Shown here: piece after piece, positions 10,847 to 33,147 of the stretch | Numbering within the stretch: the first letter of the stretch is position 1 | How the letters are laid out: each line of letters starts with the position of its first letter | Source: Antechinus flavipes | Taxonomy: Eukaryota | Direction: 5' to 3' | DNA length: 64,000 bases | Assembly: GCF_016432865.1 (NCBI RefSeq) | Contig: NC_067399.1 | Coordinates: forward strand, 607,972,001-608,036,000 | The notes under the pieces: generated by a model | Database searches by the model: none | Seen by the model: only the letters and a program-made list of their open reading frames with translations | Told to the model about the DNA's origin: nothing | Program-made: the position numbers and the translations under genes

Positions 10847-13800
10847 GTGGAATATAAAAGTGAAATTTTCAGAAAACGAGGGGAAGAATATGTTATACGT
10901 GTTTGGAAACAGGAAAACAATGAGATCACCTACAAGCTGGTCAACACAGGAGTTGTGGCTTCTTTCCCAGCCTGATCATGCAGGTGTTATGACCTGAGTT
11001 TCCAGGAACAAAGTCTGAAAATTGGAAATAGAGACTGGGCCAATGTCCTCATCTTAGTGGTGGCAAGAAAGCTGAACCAGTTTCTCATCACAGTCTCTCT
11101 TTTGTCATAGGGACAGTATTAAGTGTGAGCCGGAAATTCTCTTGCTATACTCCCTATCTACCCAAAACCATTCTGCCATTGGTTTTTCTCATCTAGGACT
11201 TGTAGCTTGCTGAGTAAAGTATCAGAATGTTTTTGCCTTTTCTTGTTTATTAGTGATTTTTAACATTTTTCAGATTATGATTGTTTCATTTGAAAACTTG
11301 TGATCATATACATTTGTGATAATTTGATAGTTTGTAATATCTAAAGATTTTTATTGTAAGACTTTAATATAAAGGGTTATTTTTATTCCCACCCTTATCT
11401 CTTCTTCTGATTCTGGTAACATTGCTTTTACCTAACATATTGTTACTTTTCTCTTCAGGCTCCCATTTGGTTATGAATTTTTTCTTATTCCCTAATTTTG
11501 AAAGAACAAATCTTCCATTAGTCTCTAATTTTTCTGTGGTATGATGTTTTATATTTATATTCATATTACTCTTGTCCTACACACTCTGCTCCACCCAAAC
11601 CACTACTCTTAGGTTTAAAGGCACAAATGGAAATGATCCCTCCTGCCTCTCTGCCTTTGTTTACAGTCAATGTACATTTAGTGAATCAAGTCAACAAACA
11701 TTTGTACAGTACTTACTAGGAAAAGGGTTATAGCTGGATAAATCTGAGAATCACCAGTATAGAGATGATAATTGATATTGAAACCACAAGAGCTGATGAG
11801 ATAACCAAGCAAAACGGCATAAAAGAGAAGAGGGCCTTAGCTGCTCCAGTGGGTAGGGGGCTAGTCCAGAGGTCAGGAAGACGATCTTCCTGAGTTCAAA
11901 TCTGACCTCAGACACTAGCTATGTGACCCAGGGCAGGTCTCTTAGCCCAGTTTCCTCCAAAAGGGCTGGAGAAGGAAATGATAAGCCATATTTTAAGCTT
12001 AATTGGTTTCTAATTTCTAATCTTTGAACCCTTGCAATCCATCATACCACTACAATTTCTCTTCTAATTCAATTCTGGTTCAGTCATTTTCTTAATGGGA
12101 ACTTTGAATGACTCTCCATTGCCTTAAATCTCGCCAAACTGCATCACTTGATGTCTACAAAACACGTCAGGTCTTCTGCCTGAGTTGTCCAGATGCCAAA
12201 ATTCTACCTTTCCTTTAGACCTTCTTGGCTCCACCTGCCACGTTAAACCCAGCATGATCCTTCAACTGGGAAGTGCCTTCTTCTAAAATCTACTGGCAAT
12301 TGATTTATACCTTTCTTATGGCATTACTATGCCTTATATATTGGTTTTATCTATCCAGGGGCTAAAAAGTCCCATGAGCAGAAAAACTGTCTTGTTCATA
12401 TTTGTACTTTTCTCAGTGCTCAAAATTGGGATCAAATAAGTATTTGTTGAGGTAGATGGACAGCTATTCACAAGTTAGCCATAATAGATCTCTAAGTGAG
12501 TTGACATAACAAGAAGCTTACAAGTGTAGTCTTCTCATTCCACTCATTTCTCCCCATGATGTTGCTATATAAACAACTTCTTTCACTTTGGGGATAGAAG
12601 TTTTCCCTTGTATGTTAAAAGCATGAAATGTTTCATAAATGAAGAACTACGTAATATATATCATGAAAATCGGTATCGATTGCTTATGCTCAGTTGAATT
12701 AACAAATGTCTCTGAATCTTAAAAAAAAAAAAGATATAAAACAATACTTTCTCCCATTATATTTAAAAATAATCTTCCATTGTTCAAGTGCTCATGATCC
12801 TCCAAATTTACTCAATATACTTTTTTTTAATTGTTGAGAATAACACTCTATTCAGCATCTTTAAGTCACAGACACAAACCCTGCCTGCTCTTAGTTCTGC
12901 ATTGATGGATCCGAAAGTGTTACACTTTAGAAATACCAATAAGAATGTGCATCTTGACAAAATCAGTGTACTAGATATGTGGACATTGGCCATGGAGAGT
13001 CATAGCTGAAAGGATCTTAGAGGTCAATTTACAGATGAGGAAAGTGGACACAAATTGGGTAAGAGATTTATAAAGTTACAACTAGTATGTGTAGGAGATG
13101 ATCCAAACCCAAATCCTCAATAGTACGGTGTCCTTTCCACTGTGCAACCTCATTTCACAAAGGAAGAGATTCAAAGCCTAGGGATGTTGTGACTTGGTGG
13201 TGTCATATACATTAGATAATTCTAAAGGTGATAATGTTGATATGGTTGAAAGAATATGATTGTAAGGAAACTCTAAGCCTGGTTCAATTGCATGATTTTA
13301 AGCAAGCCACTTTATGTGTCTAGACCTCAGTTTCTTAAACTGTTTGTTGTAATCCTATATGGAGGTCTCATAATTGAATGCAGGGGTCATGAAATTATGA
13401 TATGTTATCATTAAATGTTTGATTTACATATCAATTTTATTTATCATGTATCTAGTCACAAGTAGAATGGAATCACATTAATGCAATCCATTATTGCATT
13501 TATGTTTCACAGAGGCTATTGACTAAAAATGTAAAGAAATTTAAAAGTCTCTTATTTACCAAAATATTCACAGTATCACTCTGAAATAAGAAAGATCTAC
13601 AAACAGATTGGAGAAATATAGCTGGAGAAACTATCATAAAATATAATGGAATGTTATTATACTATAAGAAATGACAATAAAAATTCAGATAAATACAGGA
13701 AAACTTGTGTCTAACTTTTCTCATCTATAAAATAAATGAGAGGGTTGGACAGGTAATTGCTAAAGTCCCTTTCAAAACTGTCTTTATGGTCCCGTAAGAC

Positions 13801-14702
13801 ATAGTGAAGAAAGCAGAACCAGAAGATTAATGTACACAATGACTACAATAAAGTAAATGAAGATCCCACTAGAAGAAAACAATTCACAACAAATACGGTG
13901 GTCAGTGTTAGTCCCAGATGACTGAACTCAAAACAAAATCACATTTTCTGTGATGATAAAATTACATGTAAGAATGATGTTACATATTTTATTGGTCACC
14001 ATTGCATAATGAGTGTTTCAACTTTATTTCAGAGGTGGAGGAGATGCTATGCAAAAGCTATTTATTGGGAATTGGCTAATAGATCAAAATGTATACTTAA
14101 AAAAAAAAAACTGAAGGAGTTTGGACTCTGGAACTAAAGATCTTAGAGCCCCTTGTAGAGGTATCATGCAAACAACAAAAAGAGCACGCTTTTGGAGTCC
14201 AAGGGCTTGGATTTGAATCCTAGCTTTGTTACTGCCTCAAATGAGACCTTTTCAAAAGTACTTTGGGCCTCAGTTTCCTTATCTGTTAAATGAAAGATTT
14301 GGCCAAGAACCTATTTAACTCTAAATCCAAGACTATAACATTTTATTCTGTACATTTTAATGTCCAGTATAGCTTCATACCCTTTTAAATATGATATATC
14401 CAACAGAGGCTTTATCTCTTGCAAGTTCCTTTGTACTGTTCAGTTAGTCCCAACTTTGACAAGTGATTCCTTCTTAAGTTTCATTTTTTTTCCTTTTCCC
14501 CCTCCATCATTCTCTTTTTCGCCACTAGATGTCTCCAACTATCCAGTTCTAAGCTACTTTGGGTCATTGTCATTCTCCGCCAGCCTGTTAAAAGGGAGAG
14601 GGGGGAAGGAGGCTGCCTCCAGTTCTCTGAAATGTCCTTTGGTGTTGGTTTTTTCCCAGGTCAATAAAGAACTAAAACTAGGATTCTACAAGAGCTTTCA
14701 AG

Positions 14703-14708
14703 TTTATT
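14703..14708 (-). terminator. Probable ANKRD1 poly(A) signal (3' UTR about 0.8 kb)
   Basis: TTTATT on + (AATAAA on -), about 790 nt past the stop codon. Confidence 0.6.
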
Positions 14709-15270
14709 GTAATTACGAATACAAAATGTACATACAAAGCAACAGAAATTTACACATTTACAATTTGGGTGCACATTCTCCAGTTTTGTGTTACATGCCC
14801 CGTGGAATATAATACATTGCCTTTGTTCCCTTTCCCTGCCTCACGCGCACATTCACGACCCTCTCTGAATGCAACACTCCCTTCATCTCACTACAGATTC
14901 CCTGGACTTTGTCAAAATACAAGTCAGTCCAGTCCAAAGAGCTTAACGGCTTTTGACTATTCCCTTTCCTTTCCCTTCTCAACCAGTCTCCTTTCACTGT
15001 CTTTTTTCTTTTTATCTTTCTTTCTTTTTTGCTGGATTTAGCTCCAGCAGCAAAACTTCAGGAGAGAAAACAGACTATAATGCCCGCCTTGAAGTTCCTT
15101 ACACTTACGTTGGCCAGGAAAATGGCCACTGTCTAATATCAATGGGCGTTTGTAATGCTGCTGGCTAATTAGATTTAGCAACTATGTACCGGAACTCTCT
15201 GGAAATTCTACACAATAATTAAGCTTTGATCGCCAAAGCAGCGATCTTGAAATCTGTGGCTCTCACTAGC

Positions 15271-15311
15271 AATCAAATAAATAAATAGGAATAAATAAGA
15301 CAAATAAATAG
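15271..15311 (-). promoter_or_regulatory. AU-rich element cluster in ANKRD1 3' UTR
   Basis: Minus strand CTATTTATTTGTCTTATTTATTCCTATTTATTTATTTGATT: four ATTTA pentamers, two within TTATTTATT nonamers. Confidence 0.6.
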
Positions 15312-15493
15312 AGCAAATTCACATTGACCTAAATGGAATTTTTACATGTCAGGTTTTTTTCCTTCAAATTATGTGTGTATCTTATTCACATTTTAGCACT
15401 TTAACGCTTTAGAACTAGGTATGTAAAGCGAAATAGATTTCCGGGGGGGGAAGGGGGAGTCCACTCTCAAAAGAATGACGACTGTTGCCTCCT

Positions 15494-24575
<9,082 letters not shown>

Positions 24576-24629
24576 CTTTACCAGTCCTTGGTTTTTAGAC
24601 AACAGTCTTACTAGATGACACCTTTAAGT

Positions 24630-24860
24630 CAGTTCTGCTGAGACCCACTAACAAATTAGGCCTATATATATGATGAAGGAGGAAGGCTGAGTGAGATAAT
24701 CTTCCAACCTGGGAACCCAAATAACCTCCTTGCTCCTCCCACCACTAGTCCACTCAGAGGCAGGTGAATGTTCATTCCAGTCCCAGTATCTGGGAGTCAG
24801 GGAAGCACAGGGAGGGGGGAGCATTGCAGTCTGACCACATTGAATGTGTGAATCAGGGGG
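24630..24860 (-). promoter_or_regulatory. ANKRD1 proximal promoter (TATA, GATA, MCAT/TEAD)
   Basis: TATATATA 24663-24670 about 90 nt upstream of the ATG; AGATAA 24694-24699; CATTCC 24773-24778. ANKRD1 is an established GATA4 and YAP/TEAD target. Confidence 0.7.
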
Positions 24861-27474
24861 AAATGTGAGATGCCCGTTCCACTGGCAGTGACTACATAGC
24901 TCAGCAATGCTAGTCATCTGATCCATCAAGTGCCCATGGGACAGCTGTCTGTTGATATTGCACCATATCTCAACATTTTTCCCCTTCCTCGCCAGCTTTT
25001 GTATGAGTAACATATCAAGAAAATGTAAATGCCCCATGTATCACACTCACAGTAATATCTTTCTGATAAGCAGTCTTATCAGCACTTCCCTTAAGGGAAA
25101 TGGGGCTTCAGAACATGTAAACAGCTTTAGAGGACAGGACTTAAGTTCCTGATGGCACTTGTCTATATCTGCTTGGAATTCTCTCGAGGGTTATTGAACC
25201 AGAATGATGTCTGGGGCTAAAAAGACCCCATGACATGATACATTACCATCATTAGGAGAACTCCGAAGTATCCAGCTATGCATTTTGACTCAATGTTGTC
25301 ATTCAACTTAATATAGTACACTGGGACTCTCAATCTCTTTATTTTAAAAAAAAATATCCTTTAAAAAAATATTTTCTGAGCAGATTCCAAACAACTATGT
25401 TGCCAGCAAAGAAATCAATGTCATAAATTTAGAACTAAAAGGAACTTAGAGATCATTCTACTACTTTCATTTAAAGAAAAGGAAACTGAGATCAATTGAT
25501 TAAACAGAAACAATTAACTAGGATATAACTTTAGGTAATATGATTTCTAATTGGAAGAAAGATTAAGGATTTTCCCAAGTTGAGGAGGGGAGGGTAAATA
25601 GTTGCAATTCCCTGAGATCAGAAAAGAAGGTCTCCCACTCCTGCCCACCCCAAGTGTCTGTGAACAATTAAAGGAAAACGGAAATAATAATGATCGATCA
25701 GTACTGGAACAGTTTGCTTATAAGACACATGGGTTGCTTAAGATGTACAATTGTGAGAAAACATATCAGTCTTCAGATTTGACCAGGTCAGCATGACCCA
25801 GGTCCATAGTTGAGAGTCTCTAAGCGGCAGGTAGACACTTAAAAGGTTAGGTTTAAACAATGTAATTCTCTACCTCACTTCCCACAACTGAATAATCTTT
25901 TCTCAAAAGACAGACATTGGACTAGACCTAAAATTGAATAGAAAGGAAACTGAGTTAGAGCTAGAATTAAGTTCCATGATGGAATCATGATGGTTCTCTC
26001 CATTCCCACTACCACTTGCTGCTTCAATTCCCCCAGTTTCTTCAATCATGAAGGGGCAAGTTGAGATTAGTTGCTAAAAGACTTTGAATTCCTAGACTAT
26101 AAGCTCCATTAGAGCAGGGACAATGTCTTGTTTAAACTTTGAATCTTCTCCAGTACTTAATATAGTGTTCTATACATAGCAAGTGCATAATATTGAAAGA
26201 GGTTGCTGGGAAATTATATAGAAAAGCTGCCATAGGTTCTATGCCATGAGGCATAGTAAAGGACTGGAAAGTCCTGGAGAGAGTCAAGTTCAAGCCCCAG
26301 AACAAATAACATAATGTATCACCTAACCTACTTATCCAGGCAAGCATGTATTGAAACCAGATGGAATCTGCTGTGGACCAGCAGATGATACAAATCAGGG
26401 CTTGATTAATTGTTTTCCTGGATGTCTAGATTTAAAATGGCAGAAATTTTAATAATGTAGGTTAAACTTAAAAGTATTTCATTCTTATATTTTTCCTCCC
26501 AGAGAGCTGATTGTTAAACATTTACTAGCATATTTCTGTATCCAAGGCAATTAAGTTAAATTGAACATAAAGGAGATCCTTAAATGAAGAGAGGAGTCAT
26601 AAAACATGCAACCTTAGGGAAAATGTTATGGAAGGATGAGAGTCTGGTCTACCAATTTTTTCTTGCTGAAGGGAGAAGAAAGAGGTTATGGCCTAATTGT
26701 GTTTTGATGAGTCTAGGTTTTTTGATTTGGGTTTTGATTTGGTGGTGGTGTTTTTTTAGTATCAGTGGGCAGAGCTAATTCCTCCTACCAGCTGCTTCTC
26801 TGAATCTCTGCCAATAAATTGGGTCTATCACTTTGTTTATTAAACCTTAGAGAAACTCTGAATGGAAAGATTTTCCCCAGTTGTCAATGCTTTACAAATG
26901 ATGTATGTTAGAAGCATTTGTATTGGAAAGTACCAAAAATTAGGAGTCAAGAAACTCGGATATTTATCTCCAATATTACCTTGAGCAAATATATTAACTT
27001 ATCTAAAAAGAGAAATTGTTTCCTCATCTATAAAATAGATGTATTTTTATGATGTAAATTATTATTTATGCCTATTACAAATCATATGGTATAAATTATT
27101 ATTAAAACCCTGTGTAGCTCCCTGGATCTTTATGAATGTGACAGGAAGCCATACAGGGTTTTCCTGGCTTCCCCCACACCTCATTCAGTACCTACCTGAA
27201 AAAGTCAGTTGTAATAACCCTGCCTTACAGTTTTACTTTTCATTTCTATAATTTCCAAGATCAAAACACCCTTCAATTGCTTCTATTCCCTAATATAGGT
27301 TATGTACCTCTTTTAGAATATAAATTTTTAGAAGGCAGGGATTGTTTTTGTTTTGTATTTGCATTTCCATGACACATAGTTACTTATGGGCTTTTTTCAT
27401 TCATTTATACATTTATTTGGAGGCTCTCAGGCTTTTGGGGAGTTGCAAACAGTTGGATAAGGATTAATGTGATG

Positions 27475-27648
27475 CACATATATTGTATCTAAAATATACT
27501 GTAACCTATTCAACATGTAAAGGACTGCTTGCCATCTGGGGGAGGGGAGGGAAGGGAAAAATTGGAACAGAAATGAGTGCAAGGAATAATGCTGTAAAAA
27601 ATTACCTTGGCATGAGTTCTGTCAATAAAAAGTTATTTAAAAAAAAAA
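27475..27648 (+). mobile_element. 5'-truncated L1 3' end with poly(A) and 16-bp TSD
   Basis: AAGGATTAATGTGATG at 27459-27474 and 27649-27664. Confidence 0.85.
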
Positions 27649-28224
27649 AAGGATTAATGTGATGGATCCAAAACACAACTGGGGAAAACACTGAATATTC
27701 TTATTGTCTCACTAAAAAGTGAGAGTTATGCAGAACTGGGTTACAAAGGGAGAAACCTTAATTAGGCTCTCCCTCTCCACCTTTTTTGTGGCAAAACTTT
27801 AGGTTTGAAACAGGGGGACATGTGAAATCCTGGCTAAGACAAAGGAGCTAAGGAAGTATTCCCCACCTCCCAGAGACAGCTTTACCTGAGGACTGACCTG
27901 ACAAGTACCCCACTGGCCTGAAGAGGAAGACAGCCAGCTAAGGAGACAGTTAAGAGACAGCTAGGAGGAACTGAGGGAGACTTTCACACAAAGTGGAGAG
28001 AGGGAAGTAACATTGGGCAAACTAAGCAGGAAAGCTTCAGGCAGAATGAATTGGATGCTCCAGAGTAAAAGATCCTGACTTTCTAAATTAGAGATTTTCA
28101 GAGGATCCACTCTAAAATGATCCATTTGGGAGCAGCACAAATAACCCATATTATTCAGGTTTTTGGAGAGTTGTTGTTTACTGCTGGACATCTTTATCAT
28201 TATTTGACTATAGTACTGATTTGT

Positions 28225-28480
28225 TTTCATCAACTTACTCTTTAGAGGGGGAAAGAGAAGGAAATAAACATTTATTAAATATCTAATCCGTGCCAGGCAC
28301 TGTTAAGTATTTAACAAATATTATCTCATTTGCTTCTCATAACAACCCTCCAAGGTAGGTACCCTAGTTTGCAGATGAGGAAACTGAAGCAGACAGAAGT
28401 AGCTTGCTTAGAATCACACAAAATAGTATTGGATTTGAACTCAGACCTTCCTGACTCCAGGCACAGTGCTACCACTTGAA
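28225..28480 (-). mobile_element. MIR, near full length
   Basis: AAACATTTATTAAATATCT...GCAGATGAGGAAACTGAAGC...GACTCCAGGCACAGTGCT. Confidence 0.7.
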
Positions 28481-30579
28481 ATGTTGCTATATGATATACA
28501 CTGTATCACAGCTCCAATCAATAAACATTTATCAAATCCCCATTGTGTCAGGCACTGTGCTAAGTGCTAGGGATAGAAAAAGTAGCAAAAAACAAACAAC
28601 AACAAAAACCCAGCTAGTTTCTGCCCTCAAGGAACTTTACAATCTTGTGTGGAAGACAACATGATCTTTCATTTGAAAAATTCCAGATTTGAGCAAGTTA
28701 CCATCATAGTCCTCCTTTCATTTCTATAAATACTTTCTAGCTAGTGAAGTCTGTGATTGCTATCTATATACTTTATTCCAATATATATGGCTTGACTCAT
28801 TTTGAACAAGCCCTGACTGGGAGACTTTTTTGGTCTACTGGTATACACAACTAATCATTTTCCTTGCCATGTTTCTCCTCGATCCCAATTGTCAATCACT
28901 TTTCTTGGCTCCCACTGATAGTTGACTAAGCTGGGACTGCCATGAACCCAAGTTAGGCAGACATTTGTCATACAAATGACAGTCACAAAACATGCAAACA
29001 TTGTTACAGTAGTTTTCATGATAGTCCGCTGAATGGGGGGGGGGGGGGATTAGGGAAGGCATAGAAATGGAAACTTGCTTGTGGAAAGCTGGGGGGGGGG
29101 GGTAGGGAGGGACAACGACAATTTGAGTAGCACTGTAACAGTGTCCTAATCTAGTCTCCTTCCTTCATTCCCAAGAGACAGCATAAGTACCAGGTAAATG
29201 ATACATTAGTTCCAGAACTAATGGAACTAGGACAAGAATCTTTAGGGGAACTCCAGAAAGATCCCTTTTCCTTCTCTTTCCTCTTTTACTTCATCCATTT
29301 CCTTGAAGTAAAAACATGATATGGATGGAAAGAAGGCAACATGACACAGAACAAAAAGTACTGAATGAGGAATAATGAAATAAGGAATAAGGAGTTTTTG
29401 TTAAATTACTTTGAGTAAAAACAATATAACATAACCTAACAAGATATAATACAACATAATATTGCAACAACATTTGCCAATTGCCTGCTGTCAGGTAAAG
29501 CAACCATGCTAGGTCTGGGAAGGTATCAATACAGGATATGTATAAGAAATACAAATCCCAGAGTGTTTTGTGGCAAAGCATGTGATATAAGTCTTCAAGG
29601 TGCTAAGATTCCAGTAAGGGCTTATTATGTAGGAAGAAGGAGCACAAATAAGTTTAATACAAAAAATACAACTATAATGCAAAACTTCCAGACCCTGAGG
29701 GGGAGGCTAGAAGTAGGAAAAAGAAAAGAAATGAATGAAAATTTAGTGGGGTTCCTATTTAGATAACTGGAACATAACTGAACAAATTGCATATAAATAT
29801 AATAGAATAATATTGTGCTATGATAAACAACAAAAGATAATTTCAGAAATCTCAAGTAGTATGACCTGATACAGAGGACAGCAAACATAAAAATTTATAC
29901 AATGTCATTGTAAATAAAACCAGCTTTGAAAGAACTTAAGGGCTCTGTTCAAAGCAATGATTAGCCATATCTCCAGAAGATATTACTAAGAACAAACATG
30001 TTATTTCTCTGCTGAAAGGTGATCAATACAAGGTACAGAGATAAACATTTTTGAACACATAACATCTTAACAATACTTATTTGTGACAAGAGTGCCTTTC
30101 CCCTTTTCTTTTTCTAGATTAATTAGCAGGGGAAAAGAGTTACCAATAGTGAGAGCCTTATTAGTATTTTTTTAAAAAGCATACAGAATAGAATAGACAG
30201 ACGTTCAGAAGGGAGCACAGAATAGCAAGACGATTTTGAAAGTTATAAGTAGAATTTATTCTATGCTTCTTTAAAAAGTAAGTAGTGTGAAATGGAGATT
30301 CACAATTTTATACAGAATCCTCTTTTAATGTTCTGCTTTATTATGGAAATGCTTTTCTTGATATTTAAATTCAGAATAATTTTTTAATTGAATGGGATTA
30401 GTGAATAGAGAAAGTGTACAATCTGGACAGATAAGTTTAATGAAATAAATTTGCTTGAATTCATTTTGGATGCTTTTGGAAGGATAGCGATCAAATGACT
30501 CATGCTTATGCTCCCAGTTAGAGAACAAAATGTAACAAAGAGCTGAGGTTGGAACTCCTAGCCCTGTACCACAAAAGCG

Positions 30580-30672
<93 letters not shown>
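30580..30672. repeat. (CT)n microsatellite, about 45 units
   Basis: Direct reading; source of the poly-RE/SL ORFs in the track. Confidence 0.99.
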
Positions 30673-30676
<4 letters not shown>

Positions 30677-30685
30677 GTGGTCCTC

Positions 30686-30770
30686 ATTTTGTTGTTTGTC
30701 CTTCATTCTCAAAGAGGGCTATGATATCAGGTAGATGATGTCATGACATGCAAGTGAATTGGATTTAAGT
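30686..30770 (+). mobile_element. WALLSI1-like RTE-SINE 5' fragment
   Basis: TTGTTGTTTGTCCTTCATTCTCAAAGAGG...CATGCAAGTGAATTGGATTTAAGT; inverse copy at 36262-36375. Confidence 0.7.
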
Positions 30771-30914
30771 TATTTCACCCTTATGCTATACAAAGGGATA
30801 CTAAATAAGTAAGATAAAGACAGGACCAACCATAAGTATTTATGAGAAATCAAATTAAAATGTGGCACATGCAATCTTTAATAAATAAATGTAAGGAATT
30901 TAAGGAAAACACTA

Positions 30915-31054
30915 GGGGTAGCTAAATGCTGCAGTGGATAGAGCACCAGCCCTGGAGTCAAGGAAATTTGAATTCAAATCCTGCCTGAGAAACTTAACAC
31001 TTTCTATGTGACCCTAAGCAAGTCACTTAACCCCAATTGCCTTAGAGGAAAAAG
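30915..31054 (+). mobile_element. WSINE1
   Basis: GGGGTAGCTAAATGCTGCAGTGGATAGAGCACC...CCCCAATTGCCTT. Confidence 0.8.
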
Positions 31055-33147
31055 GGGGGAAAAGAAAGTAAAATACTAACAGAAGTATGACTAGTTCATG
31101 AAATCTGCCCACTGTTACTCCCAGCTGTCTTGCCTCTCTCAAAGTTTCTATTCCATGATCAACACACAGTCACAGGAATCTCCCAATCTGTCCATTCAAT
31201 TGTCATCACTTATGGTCTTACAGAAAGGAACTACCCAGAGTGGCCAGAATCAGCTGCTTCCCTGGAAACACCTCTGCTTTAGAACCACCTCTCATGTATC
31301 ATTGTTCTCCTTTGAAAGCTCTCCTCCTCCTCTCGGCCCTCCCCTTTTGGGAGAACTGATTTCAAGTTAGTTTTCTCTCTTCTCAAACTGGGAAGAAATA
31401 CAAATCCCAGAGGGTTTTGTGGCAAAACATATAAACAAGGCACTAACAAAGTATTATGAGGATTTGGGAAAGCAGTAGTAGAAAAAATGCTTCATTTGAA
31501 ATCAGAGAACCTGAGTTAAAATTCTAGGCTCTTCTACTTCTCACTTATGTGACCCTAGACACAATACAATATTTTAATAGCTTTCATTTCCTTGTCTGTG
31601 GAATAATGATAGCTTACATTGCTAGAGCACTTCCAATACATTACCTCATTTCATCTGCAAACAGCCCTGTGAGGTAGGTGTGATTACTATCCCCATTTTA
31701 CAGAAGAGAAAATAATATCAGAGAGATTAAATAACTTTCCAAGGTCATATGGATGGCAACAGAGTTTATATTCCAAGCTAGGTCTTCTCAATTCCAACTA
31801 GAAGACCTTGAAGGTCATTTCCAAATTTAAAGAACTGATCCTATTCCTTTAGAGTTGAGCTCCCCAAAGCTGAGAAACACTGAAATGGTCTATCAAATTT
31901 TCCTTGGCCCTTCGTCCTTTGCCAGTGTCAGCGTGGTGATGGCATGGAGCCCAGTCTTGTTAGTGACTGTTTATTAAAATTCTCACTCTCTCACACAATG
32001 GTTTCTTTGGAGGCTGGACCATTGAGCCTGGAACCTGTGCTAATTTCCATAACTTCATTAAGGCAGAACCATAAGGGTTGGGGATAGAGGTGGAAGAGGG
32101 AAAGGGGAAAGGGGCGGGGGGAGACTTTTTCTCTCAGCTATCAAAATACTTTATAACGAACAAAACTAGAAAGCCCCAACTGTGGACAGAAACTGGGAAA
32201 AGAAGGGGGGAAAATCACTTAGCAAGTAAATGCAAAATGATTTGCTTCCCCCTTTCTGAAAAGCTAAATTTGCTTCATGAGATGAAGTTTCACTGCATGG
32301 GCAATGAGATGATACTGCATTTGTATCAGGGCTATTTTTAAAAAGTCTCTCGGATTGTCATAGTAACGCTCTGAAAAGGCTTTGATGCAACTTTGGAATT
32401 ACCTCACATCCAATTACGTGTGGCACCCACTTGGGATGAGCGATAAGTACTTCTGTGACTGCAAACAGCGAAAGAAAATCCATTTAACCTTTTTAGCCAA
32501 TTTGTTAAAGGCAGAGTAGATATATTAAAAATGTAATTTTTACTTCAATTTTATGAGAACTGGTAAAAATATTCCTTGGTTTGATTTGTAGTTTTATAAT
32601 TGAAGTCAAAATACTTGAGAAAATATTAAATTTGAATTCTTCAAGAATCAGCTAGAGCTAGAAAAAAATCTTAAGGTTCATCTAATCCATCCCCCTGCTT
32701 CTAGGGAAAAGTAACAATGTCAGATGAAAAGATATTTTATCTATTTTTAAATGTTTTTGCATTGTTGTTTTTTTTAATGGACATTTCTCAATGAACTTCC
32801 CCCACTCCTCATTGATCTCTCCTTTCTAACAAAGAAAAACAGTTAAACAAAATGAACTAACAAAGCAAATACATCTTATAGTGTATACATTTTAACCAAG
32901 GCCTCTTTACCGAGAAGGATGTGTTTTGTCTTCTGTTCTCTAAAGCTAATTGCAATTGTTCATTGCATTTAAAGAGTTATGTTGACTTTTAAAGCTGTTT
33001 CTATTGATTTTATTATTTGCTGATTTTGCTTTCTTTGCTCTGTATCAATTCATACTTCTCTAAATATTTCTTTAATTGACTTTCTTGGGATATATGCCCA
33101 GTAATAGGATTGTTAGGCTGAAGGATATAAACATTTTAAATGAGTAT

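Noticed and set aside
14360-15168. Plus-strand ORFs (150, 90 and 71 aa) antisense to the ANKRD1 3' UTR
   Set aside because: Low-complexity composition and no recognisable domain; within chance expectation.
27660-28220. Possible LTR-like unique block after the L1 tail
   Set aside because: It starts with TG, but I could not identify a matching CA end, TSD or clear poly(A) signal.
29035-29110. Two long G runs (G-quadruplex candidate)
   Set aside because: Homopolymer lengths are unreliable in assemblies and there is no supporting context.
30325-30734. ORFs with RERERE or SLSLSL runs
   Set aside because: Translations of the (CT)n microsatellite; not genes.
29544-31430. 38-nt repeat as a CRISPR-like array
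   Set aside because: Only two copies 1.85 kb apart with no spacer periodicity, in a mammalian genome with no cas genes.
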